Shown: piece by piece, positions 1 through 13,075 of the stretch
Layout of the letters: each line of letters starts with the position of its first letter
How positions within the stretch are numbered: the first letter of the stretch is position 1
Source: Paraspadella gotoi
Lineage: Eukaryota; Animalia; Chaetognatha
Assembly (NCBI GenBank): GCA_051294375.1
Contig: CM119271.1
Coordinates: forward strand, 7,007,632 to 7,071,631
Length of the DNA stretch: 64,000 bases
Direction: 5' to 3'
Notes under the pieces: model-generated
Told to the model about the DNA's origin: nothing
The model's input: only the letters and a program-made list of their open reading frames with translations
The model's database searches: none
Position numbers and translations under genes: made by a program

Positions 1-325
1 TTTTTGCGAATTTGAAAATACTTTCAGCGTAATCTGGACCGTAAGTTTTCTTCTTCCGGACGTTCCACAATTTTGGAAATTCTCGCCCAACATCGCAAAT
101 GCATTCTACTAGATGCTCGACCGATGATTACTCGGCAACAGAACAATTTGGGGGGGGGGGAGGGGAATACGTTTAACTTTTAGAAAAAAATTGTATGGGT
201 TTTTAGTTGTGGGTGAAATAACTTAATTGTAAAGTGTAAAGCCAGTGCAATGAAGATTGACTTAATGTGCGTATTGCAATTACGTATCTTAAATTTAAAT
301 ATAATAATAAATAAAAAAATTGAAG

Positions 326-1183
326 ATGGTAAAGGTTGGGATAATTGGCGGTTCGGGTGTTGGAGGCTTAAGCAATGACGACCTGGTTGAAATCAAAACG
401 TCTAACGTTTCGACACCCTTCGGTGATCCTTCGTCACAATTGGTCGAAGCGACTCTACTCGGGGTTCCCGTGGTTTTTATCGGACGACACGGTCCCGGAC
501 ACTCAATCAGTCCCACCAACGTCAACTTTCGCGCTAATATCATCGCGCTGAAGGAGCGGGGATGCACTCACATCCTTTCAACGACGGCCTGTGGTTCTTT
601 GATGGAGGGCATGCGCCCCGGCGATGTGGTTCTCTTAGATCAGTTCATCGATTGGACGACGAAACGCCAAAACACATTTTTCGATGGGACGCAAAGGCCA
701 ACCGGGGACCGGTTCTACGCCGACGTGACTCACGTGCCCATGTCCGATCCGTTCTGTTCCAGAACGCGGAGAATTCTGGCGAAATGTTGCGAGAAGCTCA
801 AGAAGTCGTCGACGCTCGATTATCACAATGGAGGAACAATGGTAACCGTCGAAGGCCCCAGGTTCTCGACCAGAGCCGAGAGCCGCATGTTCCAACTCCT
901 CGGGGCGAATCTAATCAACATGACGACGGCGACCGAGGCGGCGTTGGCGAGGGAAGCTGGGATACCCTACGCCGCCATCGCTCTAGTCACCGACTACGAC
1001 TGTTGGAAGGAGCACGGAGAAGACCTTAACGTCGAGGCCATCATGAAGCAGATGGACGAGAATCGGGCCAACGCTTTGGCCCTGATTCGAGAAGCCGTCG
1101 TCGCCATCTCCGCCGAAGAATGGGGAGATCTTCTTGACAAGATGGAGAGGGAAGTGAAAAATAGTCAGGTCACCTCAAAGTAA
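326..1183 (+). CDS. MTAP: S-methyl-5'-thioadenosine phosphorylase, single exon
   Basis: Uninterrupted ORF (ATG at 326) with GIIGGSG, RHG, TACGSL, DQFID, EGPRFSTRAES, INMT and TDYDCW motifs of animal-type MTAP. Confidence 0.95.
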   Translation: MVKVGIIGGSGVGGLSNDDLVEIKTSNVSTPFGDPSSQLVEATLLGVPVVFIGRHGPGHSISPTNVNFRANIIALKERGCTHILSTTACGSLMEGMRPGDVVLLDQFIDWTTKRQNTFFDGTQRPTGDRFYADVTHVPMSDPFCSRTRRILAKCCEKLKKSSTLDYHNGGTMVTVEGPRFSTRAESRMFQLLGANLINMTTATEAALAREAGIPYAAIALVTDYDCWKEHGEDLNVEAIMKQMDENRANALALIREAVVAISAEEWGDLLDKMEREVKNSQVTSK

Positions 1184-1340
1184 AACTGTTAATATTTTAA
1201 AAACTGGAAAAAAAACTTTTCTATCTTTTCCACCTTCCATTTTTACCGACTGAAAGTTTTTTTTTTCATCTATCGCCAGACATTTGACGGCTGTTAAATC
1301 GCAATTGATAACGTTTAGGACGAAAATTTAAAAAAAAAGG

Positions 1341-1393
1341 TTTTTTGATAATAATATGGTTAATAAGTTATTAACCATATTATTATCAAAAAA
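1341..1393. repeat. Perfect palindrome, 26-bp arms with 1-nt spacer
   Basis: ttttttgataataatatggttaataa-g-ttattaaccatattattatcaaaaaa. Confidence 0.9.
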
Positions 1394-1755
1394 TCATTGG
1401 TTATGAGGTAATATTTTTACCCTCCTAAGTTAGTGCTAACTTGGAAAATGTAAATAAAAATTGACATACGTAATGCAAATTGACGGCTGTAGCGGTTGTA
1501 GCTTAGATTTCGTGTATTTTCTAAAAAACACAACCTTCGCCTTTACATTTAGTAAATTTTCTCCTTTCCCTAGATGAAGTAGGTCTTTAAAATGACGAGG
1601 CATTTCCTCGTTGTTACACTTCTTTAATGGCTGCTATCAAAGTGCCCGTATAAACTCGGGAGGCCGTTTCGCTATAACTACGTCCCCCGTCCCCTGCTCT
1701 CCTCTCGATCTTTCTCTTTCCTCATGAGTGATCTCACCGTCTAATAGACTACGTC

Positions 1756-2993
1756 ATGGGTAGCTGCTTGAGCGCCAACAACACAGACGCCACCAATCCG
1801 AGCATCAGCTCTGAAGGCTTCGGGGAGACCCGCAGTGGCTCCTCCGCGCATGGTGGATCCAGAAGTGAGAGAACAGCGAAGTAGGGCCTAAAAATTTACC
1901 GTTTACTGTTTTCTTTACACCCCTTTTCCTCAGATCGCGCGGGTCGCCCGGTCGGTAAAACCCGACCGTTGAAGCCCGAAAGACCTCGTTGGAAATCGGA
2001 TATCCCCTTGACCCAGGGCCAACTCCGATCCAAACGCGACGAATTCTGGGACACCGCTCCTGCCTTCGAGGGTAAGTCGGATCGAGAAACATCGTGAAAT
2101 TAATGGGATTAGATTAAATCTTTTCTTCGTCTCTCCGTCAAGGTCGAAAAGAAATATGGGACGCTTTAAGGGCGGCCGCGTTAGCCTTAGAACAGAACGA
2201 CCATGCTCTTGCCCAGGTCAGTTGCGTTTTACCATTTTAGCGGGGGGACATTTTCATCTCGTCTTTTGCTTCGCTGATCACCGCTCGATTTCGTCGTTCC
2301 AATCTCTTCCCTTCCCACAAGGCGATCATCGACGGTGCCTCGATTTCCCTTCCCTACGGAACGCTGACTGAATGTTACGATGAACTGGGCAGCCGCTACC
2401 AACTGCCCGTCTATTGCCTCAGTTCTCCGACCAACTTGATCCGTGAATCCGGCGACGACGGCGTCGGGGACGAGGAGGAGGCCGACGACGATGACGCAGC
2501 CGCCGCAGCCGGCGGGGACAAGCCACCCGTCAATGCCGGCACCGAGTTGACGCTCAAGTTGAGGGTGTCCACGGGAGAGGACGTTAAAGTGAGGCTTCGA
2601 TAAGCAGAATTAAATGAAAAGCCTTTCTCCTTCTTTGTAAAAAAATGTTATCTTCGTTTTAATTCAGGTCAACGTCCGCTCGAAAGATACTGTGCTCTCC
2701 GTGAAAAGGTTGCTGACCTCCAAATTGCCGGAAGTCAAGGTGGAATATCAACGGTGGTATTTCGCTGGTAAGTTTGGGTCTTCGTAATGCAAGCAATAGT
2801 TTTCTCGCCTTGACACGGCCTCTCTAAACTTTATTTTTTTTTTCAAGGTAAAATGCTCAACGATTCAATGAAATTAGAAGACGCCAAACTCAAAAAGGGA
2901 TACGTCGTTCAAGTGATTGTGAACTTTCCTTCGTCGCCCGGAGGTTCACCGTCGGAAGCCAACAAGGAACCCGTCGTCGTCGTCATGTCTTGA
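1756..2993 (+). CDS. UBTD: Ubiquitin domain-containing protein UBTD1/2-like, multi-exon
   Basis: Spliced translation gives MGSC N-terminus (myristoylation-type), [53 protein letters not shown] and a C-terminal ubiquitin-like domain ([10 protein letters not shown]); TGA at 2991-2993. Confidence 0.9.
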
Positions 2994-4330
2994 AGAGGAT
3001 TCCGTCTTTACCCCCTCCCCCCCCCAAAACGTTTCATCCTGTATTTCGGGGTGCAAGAAAGATAAATAGTTTCGCGACTCTTCTCTTCCGTGAAAGTTTC
3101 TTCTTATCTAGTTTATTTTCGTCGGCGAAAAAAAACAGCATTAAAAAGATATTCGCTTTTTTTAAACTTGTGGTAGACATATTGTATGGGCGTGGGAGTG
3201 AATGAAATGACCCGTCGCCTTCGTTTTGTTACGTATTTAATTTACTGCCGAGCAGATGATAAAAACAATTAAAAAAATAAATGAACCGTAAACTCTTTTA
3301 TAAATTCATTTTGCTGTTCACTTGTTTTAGGTTATTAGCTTTGCACAAAATATTATTAGTCTTTTGATTATGTTGCCTATTCCAAATTGTTTTGTTGTTT
3401 TTACTGAAGCTACAAATATCATATTCTCAGAAAGACTGCGATCATTGGTTCTCATTACTTTTCCGTATTGCTTTCAGCAATATTTGGTACAGATCTGAAT
3501 TCCATTCCTTGATACGTCTGTCTTAAGGATTTTATGCAACTTTATTCTAGTCCTAAAAAAAATTTTACTAGTTTTTGCAATTGCACTATTTAAATATTGG
3601 GGAAGAGAAACAGCATTTAAACAAAATTTCCACCAAAAATTTAGAAGTATTACAGAGTAGAATATTTGGTATTTAGCTAATTACCCTGTAAGGAATTTTG
3701 CGGGTTTATTTATTCGAAGAAATTCGAAGAATTTGGAGAGGTGAAGCTTTACGTTGTTTTTTTTTTTTTTTTTTTTTTTTTGTAAAAATAGCATAGAGTA
3801 TTGAGTAAGTGACATTATTCTTAATTTCTTTATCGTGAAACTACTACAGAAAAGACCCATTTTCCTTATTTACAATAGTTGCTTTTTAAATAAATAATTA
3901 CATATATACTTCGATTTGGATACAGTAACTGAAACGAAAATAGGCGATATACTTCGGTATGAATAATTGTTATATTTGACTAAGTTTTTACAACTTGATA
4001 AACGTAATTTGATCGAGTGGTAGCATCTCTTGTATTCTTGTTTCCTTCATTTTGTCAAATTCCTTACCAGAAAAGAAATGGATCGCAGAAAAAACTCTGT
4101 GGACGATGGACATGATCTCAAAACCAAAACTTGATCGTTTGTAGATCATGTCTACCATGGATCCAGACTCGTCCACAAAAAACTTCGCCTGTCGGCAATA
4201 TTCTAAAGAATCTCGAAAAAACTGCATTGACTGGGGCCTACACCCAATTCATCTCAGAAAGTCCTCTCAAAAACCCAATGAAATTAGCAAAAATTTGATA
4301 TCGTTTAACTATCATTGCCCATTCAAGAAG

Positions 4331-7300
4331 ATGTTTATAAATCTAATTTTTGGTAAGCCAATTTATTTTAATCTTTGTATATTTAGTAATTTTTTTTCTA
4401 GTACAATCTCTTTCTTTGCTCTCCGATAGGATTTTTTCTCGTGCTGCTTTCGATCCATCGTGCTTCTTGCCTGGAGTGGGAAATTCAACCAAATTCTTTG
4501 TACCCGGTTTTGCTGGATTCATCTGCTGTGACCATTGATTGTCTTGCTCGAGGAGTTCCGTCAAACGACATTGGTAAAACCATAATTTCCTTTTCAGTTT
4601 CCATCCGTATGAAAATTTCCATCCATTTTAAAGTTACCATTCGGGTCTTTGATCATTTCACTCCCTCCCCAGTTTACGAATGGTTTCACAATGACAAAAA
4701 GGTCGACGTCTCCAAAGAGAATCACATCAGTATTTTCGTCAATCAATCCTTGCATATATCAGTTTCTACCATCCACACGCTCGGACGCTATTATTGTTTA
4801 GCTTCGTACAAAGCGAAGGTTTATTTTATATACTTATTCGATCATTTTGAGAAATAAATTGTAAATCATTTAACTTCTTCTCTCTCCCGCCTATCAGTCT
4901 GTGATAAGGAGTTCAGTGGCGGAAGTGAAGCTCGCCGCCAACCTCGAGTCGCCCGATTTATCCCCCGGAATCCTGAGTCTCAACGAGGGAGAGTCTGCCA
5001 GCTTTTTCTGCCTCAGCGGAGAATCTTGGCCCATGGCGGAAATCGATTGGCTGGTGAATGAAAAGTTGCCGAAGGAAACCCTAATACAAAGCTATGCCTC
5101 ATATTTGTCACGCTTTTGGTTTTTATATTTCATCGGTTCTATTCAGATCCAGGGATCGGAGATCGTTGACGGAGGTGCCTTCTCGATCACCACGCTCTCT
5201 TCCGGGAATCCTTTGAAGTCGACTTCCACCCTCATTATAAACACCGAGGGACAATTGAGGCTCAATGGTTCTAAAATCTCATGCCAATGTAGGTCGCTGT
5301 ATATATTTTTGTACCTATATCAAGTTACCTGAAAGGGTAATTTTAGTAACTCCATGATAATTGCCTTTTGTCTCGTAGCGACGAATCCATTAAACCGCAC
5401 TTTGATCCAAATGAGCGAGGAGGCCCTCCTGATCATTGTGGAACCCGAAAAAGATGCGAAATTGGTAACGGCGCCACCGAATCGTGTCGACGTGCCTCTT
5501 GGCACTGCCGTCGATCTACCTTGTCGCTGGGACGGTAACCCGGTCCCGCAGGTTAATTGGGTTAAAAACGAGGGCGGCCACGAGTTCGATGTCGAGCTGA
5601 GCGGCTTGGGCAAAGTTACTCGCGATCCAGATGGGCTCCGGCGCGCGGACCTTTCCATCCCCAGCCTCACCCTTGCACATGTGGGTGAATACTTTTGTCG
5701 CGCGGCCGTCTCTAAAGCCGGTAAGCGAAGTCGAATGAAAAAATATTCGAAGCTTGACAAAAGATAGATCGGTTTCTGTTATCCGACAGGAGTCAGAGAA
5801 GTGAAGAAATTTTCTGTCAATGTCGACTACACGGAGTTCGAATTTCAATTTCGCACCAACCCTAGCGACATAACGGGTAAGTTAGAAAGTAAGAACGAGT
5901 TGACTTTAGATCCTTTGATTCACTTTTCTCTCTCATTCCATAAAGGTATGGCTGGTCGATCGACCACGCTTGAGTGCGAGTCTCCCGTGAGTCGTCCTCC
6001 GGCTGTAATCTCCTGGTACAAAGACGACACCGCCTTTGACCTTATCGGCGCCGGGAACGCTTGGATAATGCCCGGTGGCGCCCTCAATTTCACCAAATTG
6101 AAAAGGTCCGACGCGGGAACCTACAACTGCGTCGCCCGGAATCGATTGTAAGCGCGAGTAGATAAGATTCTTTCCGTTAAAGAAGAAAACTCATTCTTTA
6201 TCTTTTGTGCCAGTTACCCCGAAGTGACCCGCACCTCGCTCGACGCTGTCCTCACGGTCGAGTCGTCCCCGGCGATTGTGACTCCGCCCGCACCCGTCTC
6301 CCTCGTCCGCCATCGAGTGCTCCATCTCGAGTGCCGAGTAGACGGCAACCCTTTTCCTTCAGTTGCTTGGTACAAGAAGCTCAAAGCGCCGCTGCCTGGT
6401 CAGAAACCCGACCCGATCGCCCCCTCTTATCACGTTTCATTCGCTAACGCGGTAAGGGAATGGAATGAGCACTGAGCAGACAGAGAATTCGGAGGGAGGA
6501 TAACAATTTAGTTGTAGAATGAATTTCTGACGAGTTCATGAAGGGAGAAAGTACGTACGACGTATTTAAAAGTTTACATAGATGAAATAGTTGAATACTC
6601 GGTACATATAGATTTTAGTATTGCTCCTGAGTGAAAATGTACGTAAATTCATTCCTCCAGAACCAATCGCTCGTCATCCCTCGGCTCGAATACGATGACG
6701 GCGGCGAATATTTCTGCGAGGCAAGCAACAAGTATGGGAAGACTACGTCTCCTTTCGCGAAAGTCTTCGTCGTCATTCCTCCGCAGATCGAAGACGGTAA
6801 CATTGCTAGAATTGGGAATTAGAAATGGGTTTCTATACTACAATTGTGAGTTTTGTGGAATGCGATACGATGATACTTATTTATAATTTATCGCCATGAC
6901 TTCAGGACCTTCCTTATTGGTGACAGCGACCAAGGGAGACTCGGTCTTGATTCCATGCCGGGTTTACGGCGTCCCTTCGCCGTCAGTCAGCTGGTTTAAA
7001 GACGGCGTAGTTTATGTTCTTCGGGAAAATATGGTGCCCGACAAATCGATGGGAATCCGAGTCACCAACATCACCGAAGCCGAGGAGGGCGAATACGTTT
7101 GCAGGTTTGTTGTTAGCTTGTTACATTTTCTCCCCCTCATCAATCCGGCAGTAATTCTTTCCCACCAAATCTCAGAGCCATCAATAGCGGCGGGTCTCGA
7201 GAGTCCAACATCACCGTCGTGGTCCATGTTCTACCGGCCGCGTACACCATGTTGTCGAACTCTCGCGTCGTTCGAGGGAAGCCCGTCAGTATTCACTGCC

Positions 7301-10300
7301 ACGCGACGGGTAACCCCAGGCCCAACGTAACGTGGCGATTTAATGGCGCAGACGTGGGAGGAAATTCGGGACCCTCGAACCTCCATCCCGAGTTCGTCGT
7401 CCTCAACGAATCCCACACGCTCAGCATCCCTGACACGCATCCCAGGCACAACGGAAACTACTCTTGCGTCGCCACCAACGTTGCCGGTTAGTTTGTTTTT
7501 TTTTTTTCTGTGGGGAAAGACGGCCGTTGGATGTGGATAGGTCCGGATCTTTGGAGTTGATTGTAAACTGTTAGAGGTTTATGATATCCGACGTTTCCTC
7601 GATTCGCAGGTGTTGCCGAGGCCGTCGCCGTCCTCCACGTCCTCGTGCCGCCCTCCATCGGCTCCGTCGACGGACCTCGCCTAATCCCTGCCGGACAGAA
7701 CGCCACCCTTACTTGCCAACTGCGAGAGGGCGACCCGAAACCGGAATTGACGTGGAGAAAGGACGGCGCGGCCTTGGAATCTTCCAACGACCGTCGCCTA
7801 ATCGTCGAAGGCGGCGTCGTGGTCTTCAATGTCGCACAAAAAAGCGACGAGGGTCTTTATATATGTCGCGCTGAGAACGAAGAGGGTAAGATGGACACTG
7901 TCCATTGGACAGGATGATACTAAGAGTTTCTGTCGGAATAAAATAAACATTTATTTTACGTACTTAGGTGAAGACACTGAGAAAGCGGAGATAGTTGTTC
8001 AAGCTATTCCGGTGCCGCCCGTAGCGATCGACGCTCAACCTGGTAATCAGACAATGACGATGATTCGCCTCACTTAAAAATTATTTCATCTTCGACTTTT
8101 TTCCTCACAGTATCGACGACAAGCGTTAATCTAACCTGGACGCCGTCGTCGCAACCTCGAGGCAACGAGGTAGACTTTTGGTCGATCGAGTACAAGTTGA
8201 CCAGAGCCGCCGACTTTCGTCGTCATCCCATCAAAGCATCGGCCACCAGGGATTGGCAGGAGGTCGACGGGCTCCTGCCGGGGCAAGAGTATACCTTCAG
8301 GTGAGGAAGCCGTCTCTGTGGGATTTCGAGTTTTCTTTTCAGGTTTTTTTGTTGTCTGACTTGGTTTTGGTTTTTTCTTTTACGCAATTGTTTCCTCTGA
8401 TGTTTTATATTACACATTATATTTCCACGAGAAACGAGTAATGACTAATATGTGGAGACCATTTACGCTCTTCTCAACCAAGCGGGTAATTATTTTGTAA
8501 ATTGGTCAGATTGACACGAAATCGATCTAAAAGGTTTGACTTTTCATGTACTTCTGAACACGTACGAAGATAGCTTAGCTGTGAATAGTAATTCATATTT
8601 CACGTCGGTTTCGATTGATTGGATTCGAGCAAGAAAATATAGTTTTGTGTACAAGCATGTCACATTTGAAACAAGTGTGACATTTTGGAACTTCTTCGGT
8701 CTTCACTTATCTAGTATCACGATTTGGGAACGCATATATAGAAGATCTTATATAGAATTAACTTCCGAGAAATCACAAAATCCTAGCAGATTAGTATCTG
8801 CCTTGCAAAATTACTACTAGTCCTCAATTTGTCGTTGAAACCGATTTTTTCCTTTTTTAGGGTTTCCGCTGGGAATGCCGTCGGGCTCTCCGCTTTCTCG
8901 AACGCAGTCTCCGGATCGCCCTTCGACTCGGCCCCAGGGGCGCCATCCAACGTCCGTGTCGTCAGTGTTGACAAGCGGTCGGCACGCCTCTCTTGGGAAA
9001 CTCCCGACGAGAGCAAAGGTGTCATTCGTTACTACCAGATCGACTATCGACGAAAGGGCGATGAGGTTTTTGTTTCTAAGAGAATCAATGATCCAGAGAC
9101 TCCGACTCAAAAATTCGAATTAAAGGATCTCCTCAGGTGGGTTGATGTGGAATAATCGAAAAAATAAAGGAGCAACGCGTCAAAAGTAATTTCATTGAAT
9201 TTTTGCCTTAGCTATAAAACATACGAATTCCGGGTACGCGGTGCTGCCATCAAGCAGGATCACGTCCTGTGGGGCGAATTTACCGTCCTTCTCAACCTGA
9301 CCACGCTCAAGGATTTGCCCGGCGCCGTTCCCACTGGAGTAACGGCCGTCGACACGGCACCGGGGGTCGTCCAGCTCACTTGGATTCCTATTCCTGTCGA
9401 GTTCGAAAACGGGGAACTTGGCCGATACGTCGTCACGTACAAGAGGGATGGTTATCCCACGAGTCCGGACGTATCGGTGCCAGCGAGGACAACTGTAGCA
9501 GTCATAAACGATCTTAAGCCCTGGACGAATTATCAAGTAGGAAATAGGGATGCATTTTTTCTTTAACAACGAACAACTTCCTATGTTTATTCTGTTAACG
9601 AAGAATATTACAATTTCTAAACTAATACTTTCTTGATTATCCTTTAAAATCGCATCTTGGATAAAATATCGCGTAATCTGGTTTATAAAACCAGTTTATG
9701 GCCTAAAAAGAAACTTGAAAAACGACTATTGAAGAGGCTCACTGATTGGCGCTTGGTTCGTTACGTTATTTTTATCATTTTTTGTCCCCAGTTTTGGGTT
9801 TTAGTGGAAAATGACGTCGGAAAGGGAAACTACTCGTCCGTGGTGGTTCACCGTACGCCTCCCTCATTTCCAACCGGTGTTGTGCAAAACCTCGCCGCCA
9901 GGGGCATTTCACCTACGGCGATTGAAGTCTCTTGGGAACCCGTCAACCCGGTGAGCAAGGATTTTATACCATATTATTACTTAAATATACATATTTTGCT
10001 ACAACTATTTTTTTTCCCCTTACCCCGAAAAAAAGGAACAAAGAAACTCAATCATCAGTGGTTACATTATCGACTATGCGGCGAGTAACCCAACTAACTA
10101 CACTGAAGAGCAGGGTTTCTCTGAGAGTCCGGGTCAGCTCAGTTATACCGTGCAGGGGCTGGAACCCTTTACGGAATATCGCATCACCGTCCAAGCATTA
10201 ACCAAGCAGTTGGAGAACGGGCATGGGCCAAAGTCCGACCCTATTTTCGTTTACACGCTGTAAGCGTCTCTTATGGGAACATATTATTCTTAATTTTTTA

Positions 10301-13075
10301 ATGTATATAGTTTTATATTAGTAACAATGAATACCTCCCACGCTGTCAGGTCGTCCCCCTCGTCGCCAGTATTAGACGTTTCATTGACGCCTAACGTTTA
10401 TTCAATCGTCGTCAACTGGAGGCCACCCCTTCGTCCCAACGGAAACATTTTGTTTTACGCCGTACGTATTGAGAGTGGATCCTCCGTTCCGAATAGTCTT
10501 AATAGAAAGGCCATAATTTCCGTTCGTTTGGTTGTTGAAATTATACTTTTGAAGACGAAATGGATTCTCCGGATCATGCGACATACTCATTTAATCATCC
10601 AAGGAACAATCTTAACAAAATGTTTCGATTCAAAATTTGGCCTTGTAATTTCCCAGGTCTACGTTTGGACGGACGACGAGTCTTCCCTGCTCACCGACGT
10701 TCGTGGTCCCTTGATTTCGGCAGAAAAAGTTCACACGAACGCGACCGATGTAACGCTTATCGGACTTAAACCCGATACCCGTTACACAGTTTGCGTCGAG
10801 GCCGAGAACGCTGGTAAGACGCATTGAACTATGACAACATAGCTCTCCAAAGCGCTCGACGTCAATTCATTTTAAAACCTGTTTTTATTTATTTTTTTCT
10901 TGACCTCCCTCCAGCCGGACAAGCGCGTGAGTGCGAGCACCAATCGACCACTACTCTCACGGCTCCTACAGTGGCAATAGTGACTACGCCCTTGTCGACC
11001 TATGGCACGAACGACGTTTTCCCTGAAGACGGCGCTACTACCGCTAAGCCCCCCGTCACACTTCCTCCCTGTAAGACCCTTAAAGAAAAGGGTAGTACGT
11101 ACTTAACTAAGATAACTTATTCTTAATCTTTCCACACTCAGCGTCGTCCTTCTTCCAAATACTGAACGATCACATTTACGCGGTGATCGTCTTCATAATC
11201 TTTCTCTTCATTTTGCTCACCATCTTGTTTGGATACTTTATTCGAAAATGCGTCATTTCGAATCGGTAAAACCTTAATACTATTGCCTAAAGCCGTAAAG
11301 CGGTTGTTGCAATTATGTTAATTTGTATCGCAACCTATTCTCTTGAAGACAAAAACGACGACGACGAGCCAAGTATTTGTCGGCGGCGTCGCTGATGCAA
11401 CGCCACGCCTCTCAAACACGCGCGTCGCCGTCCATGGATGACTCTGCGTCGTCAGCGTCTTCCACACTTAATCCGCGGCATGCCGTTCCTTCGTACGGCG
11501 GTGCCACCACTTACTACCCTACCCCTCCTGCAGTTGGAGTCGATGGTGGATCTCCAGTTCGAGTAGGTGGACCCATGATTCCGTCGTCGCGATCTATGAG
11601 TCACGGGATTCCGCCTGTAACCAACCAGGTACTGAATATCATTTATTGCTTGAGAGTCATCGCATACTCGGTATGAGTACATAATATTGGTGATTAACGT
11701 CGTCTTATGAGGAAAACGCATATTATTTTTATTTGAGCAATATATTTCGGTTAACATCGCTTAACCATAGTTCATTTGCGAAGTAAATGCGAGAAAAACA
11801 GTAGGTGTAGCCCAACTCAATTGGGTGAGTCAAAAATTTGGAGCGAGTACATGCTCAAACGAATATTTAGACATTTTTAAGAATACTTTCAATGGACAAA
11901 AATTTCTAATATGGCTCAATACCCTAGTAATTAATTTTAATCGAATTCAAGTTTTTTGCATGTTCGTGAGAGCCTGGAGATTCGTCGTCAAGGGACAGAA
12001 ACGGGAAAAGGCCTCAACGACGATCTGTCTAAATACGTAAACACACACGCATGGAATCTTCTACAAAAACTAAAAGACTATTGAAGATGGCGGGGTTCTT
12101 TCTCTTTCTTTTGAACTTTTGTCCTTAACTTTGACCTCATGTTTCTTTTCACGCTTATTCTCTCTCTTTTAACCAAAATATTTTTTACTTTTTTGTGACT
12201 GTTTTTCTCGCATTTACTTAGCAAATGAACTATTGTTAAGCGATGTTAACTGAAATATATTTCTCAAATAAAAATAATATGCGTTTTCCTCATAAAACGA
12301 TGTTAATCACCAATAATATAATTTATGAAATTGGTACAAGAAATATAATTATGAAATTGGTACTACCAATATAAAAATTATCCATTCATTTAATAAATAA
12401 GCTATCTTGCCCCTGACTTTGGACAGGCTTTGGTGATTTAAGGCCTCTTACGTTTTTCTGTTTTTATCACTTTTTTTTTTTTTTTTTTTAAGGAACACCG
12501 CAACCCTGTTTTCGGTGTGAGAAACCCGCGCTTGGCGAATTCGGCGCATCAACTTCCGCTGGGACGCGGGGGCATCGCCGGTCGGGCGCCCCTTGCATCT
12601 CATGAGGGCGATGCCGCTTTTGACAATCTCGCCTTCGATACAGACGGCGTCGTCGCCGAGGCCGCGCAGAAGGCGTTGCGTCGGCCCTCCCCTCCGACGC
12701 CAAGAACGAGGATGTCGCGGCGCCGTTCGCTGACGCTGCAAGACGGAACCGGCGCTTCAGTCTATCAACACCAACAGATGACGGCGCCCAGACCGGGTGA
12801 GAATCAAGAGATACGTTGAAATTTTTTGTTAATTTTGTTATTTGATTACGGAAATGTTTTATTCATTAATGCGCGAATTTTTGGCAGATGGTACGACGGA
12901 ACCAGAAACTGTCGTGACCCACCGCAACCGCATCAGCCGAAGGGCGGCGGCCGCCATCGCCGCCGACCGTAACCGCCTCAGCGCCGTTGATGTTCTCGGA
13001 TTAGGCGCTAGGGACACCGATTACCTCGTTGACAGCGACATCATGGTTGTCTATAACGAGCGGACCGCTCTGTGA
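4331..13075 (+). CDS. Type I membrane Ig-superfamily receptor: signal peptide, about 8 Ig, 5 FN3, TM, cytoplasmic tail ending -ERTAL
   Basis: Spliced signal peptide MFINLIFGFFLVLLSIHRASC; repeated Ig motifs (C..G.P.P.V.W.K, D.G.Y.C.A.N); FN3 motifs (L.W..P, L.P.T.Y); TM YAVIVFIIFLFILLTILFGYFI near 11175-11240; stop at 13073-13075. Confidence 0.85.
11681..12318. mobile_element. MITE-like element with about 120-bp terminal inverted repeats, in an intron of the Ig/FN3 gene
   Basis: 11681-11802 is the reverse complement of 12198-12318 with few mismatches; no coding capacity. Confidence 0.75.
11803..11938 (+). repeat. Dispersed repeat, second copy at about 63168-63288
   Basis: Shared gagtacatg(c/t)tcaaacgaa...aatggacaaaaa..tttctaatatggctc(a/t)ataccctagtaatta. 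Confidence 0.75.

Noticed and set aside
326-1183. Bacterial horizontal transfer of MTAP
   Set aside because: Motifs such as GCTHI, DQFID, PFC..TR and DYDCWKEH match the animal-type enzyme
3988-4227. 79-aa minus-strand ORF upstream of the Ig/FN3 gene
   Set aside because: No recognisable homology or splice support; may be chance or a relic
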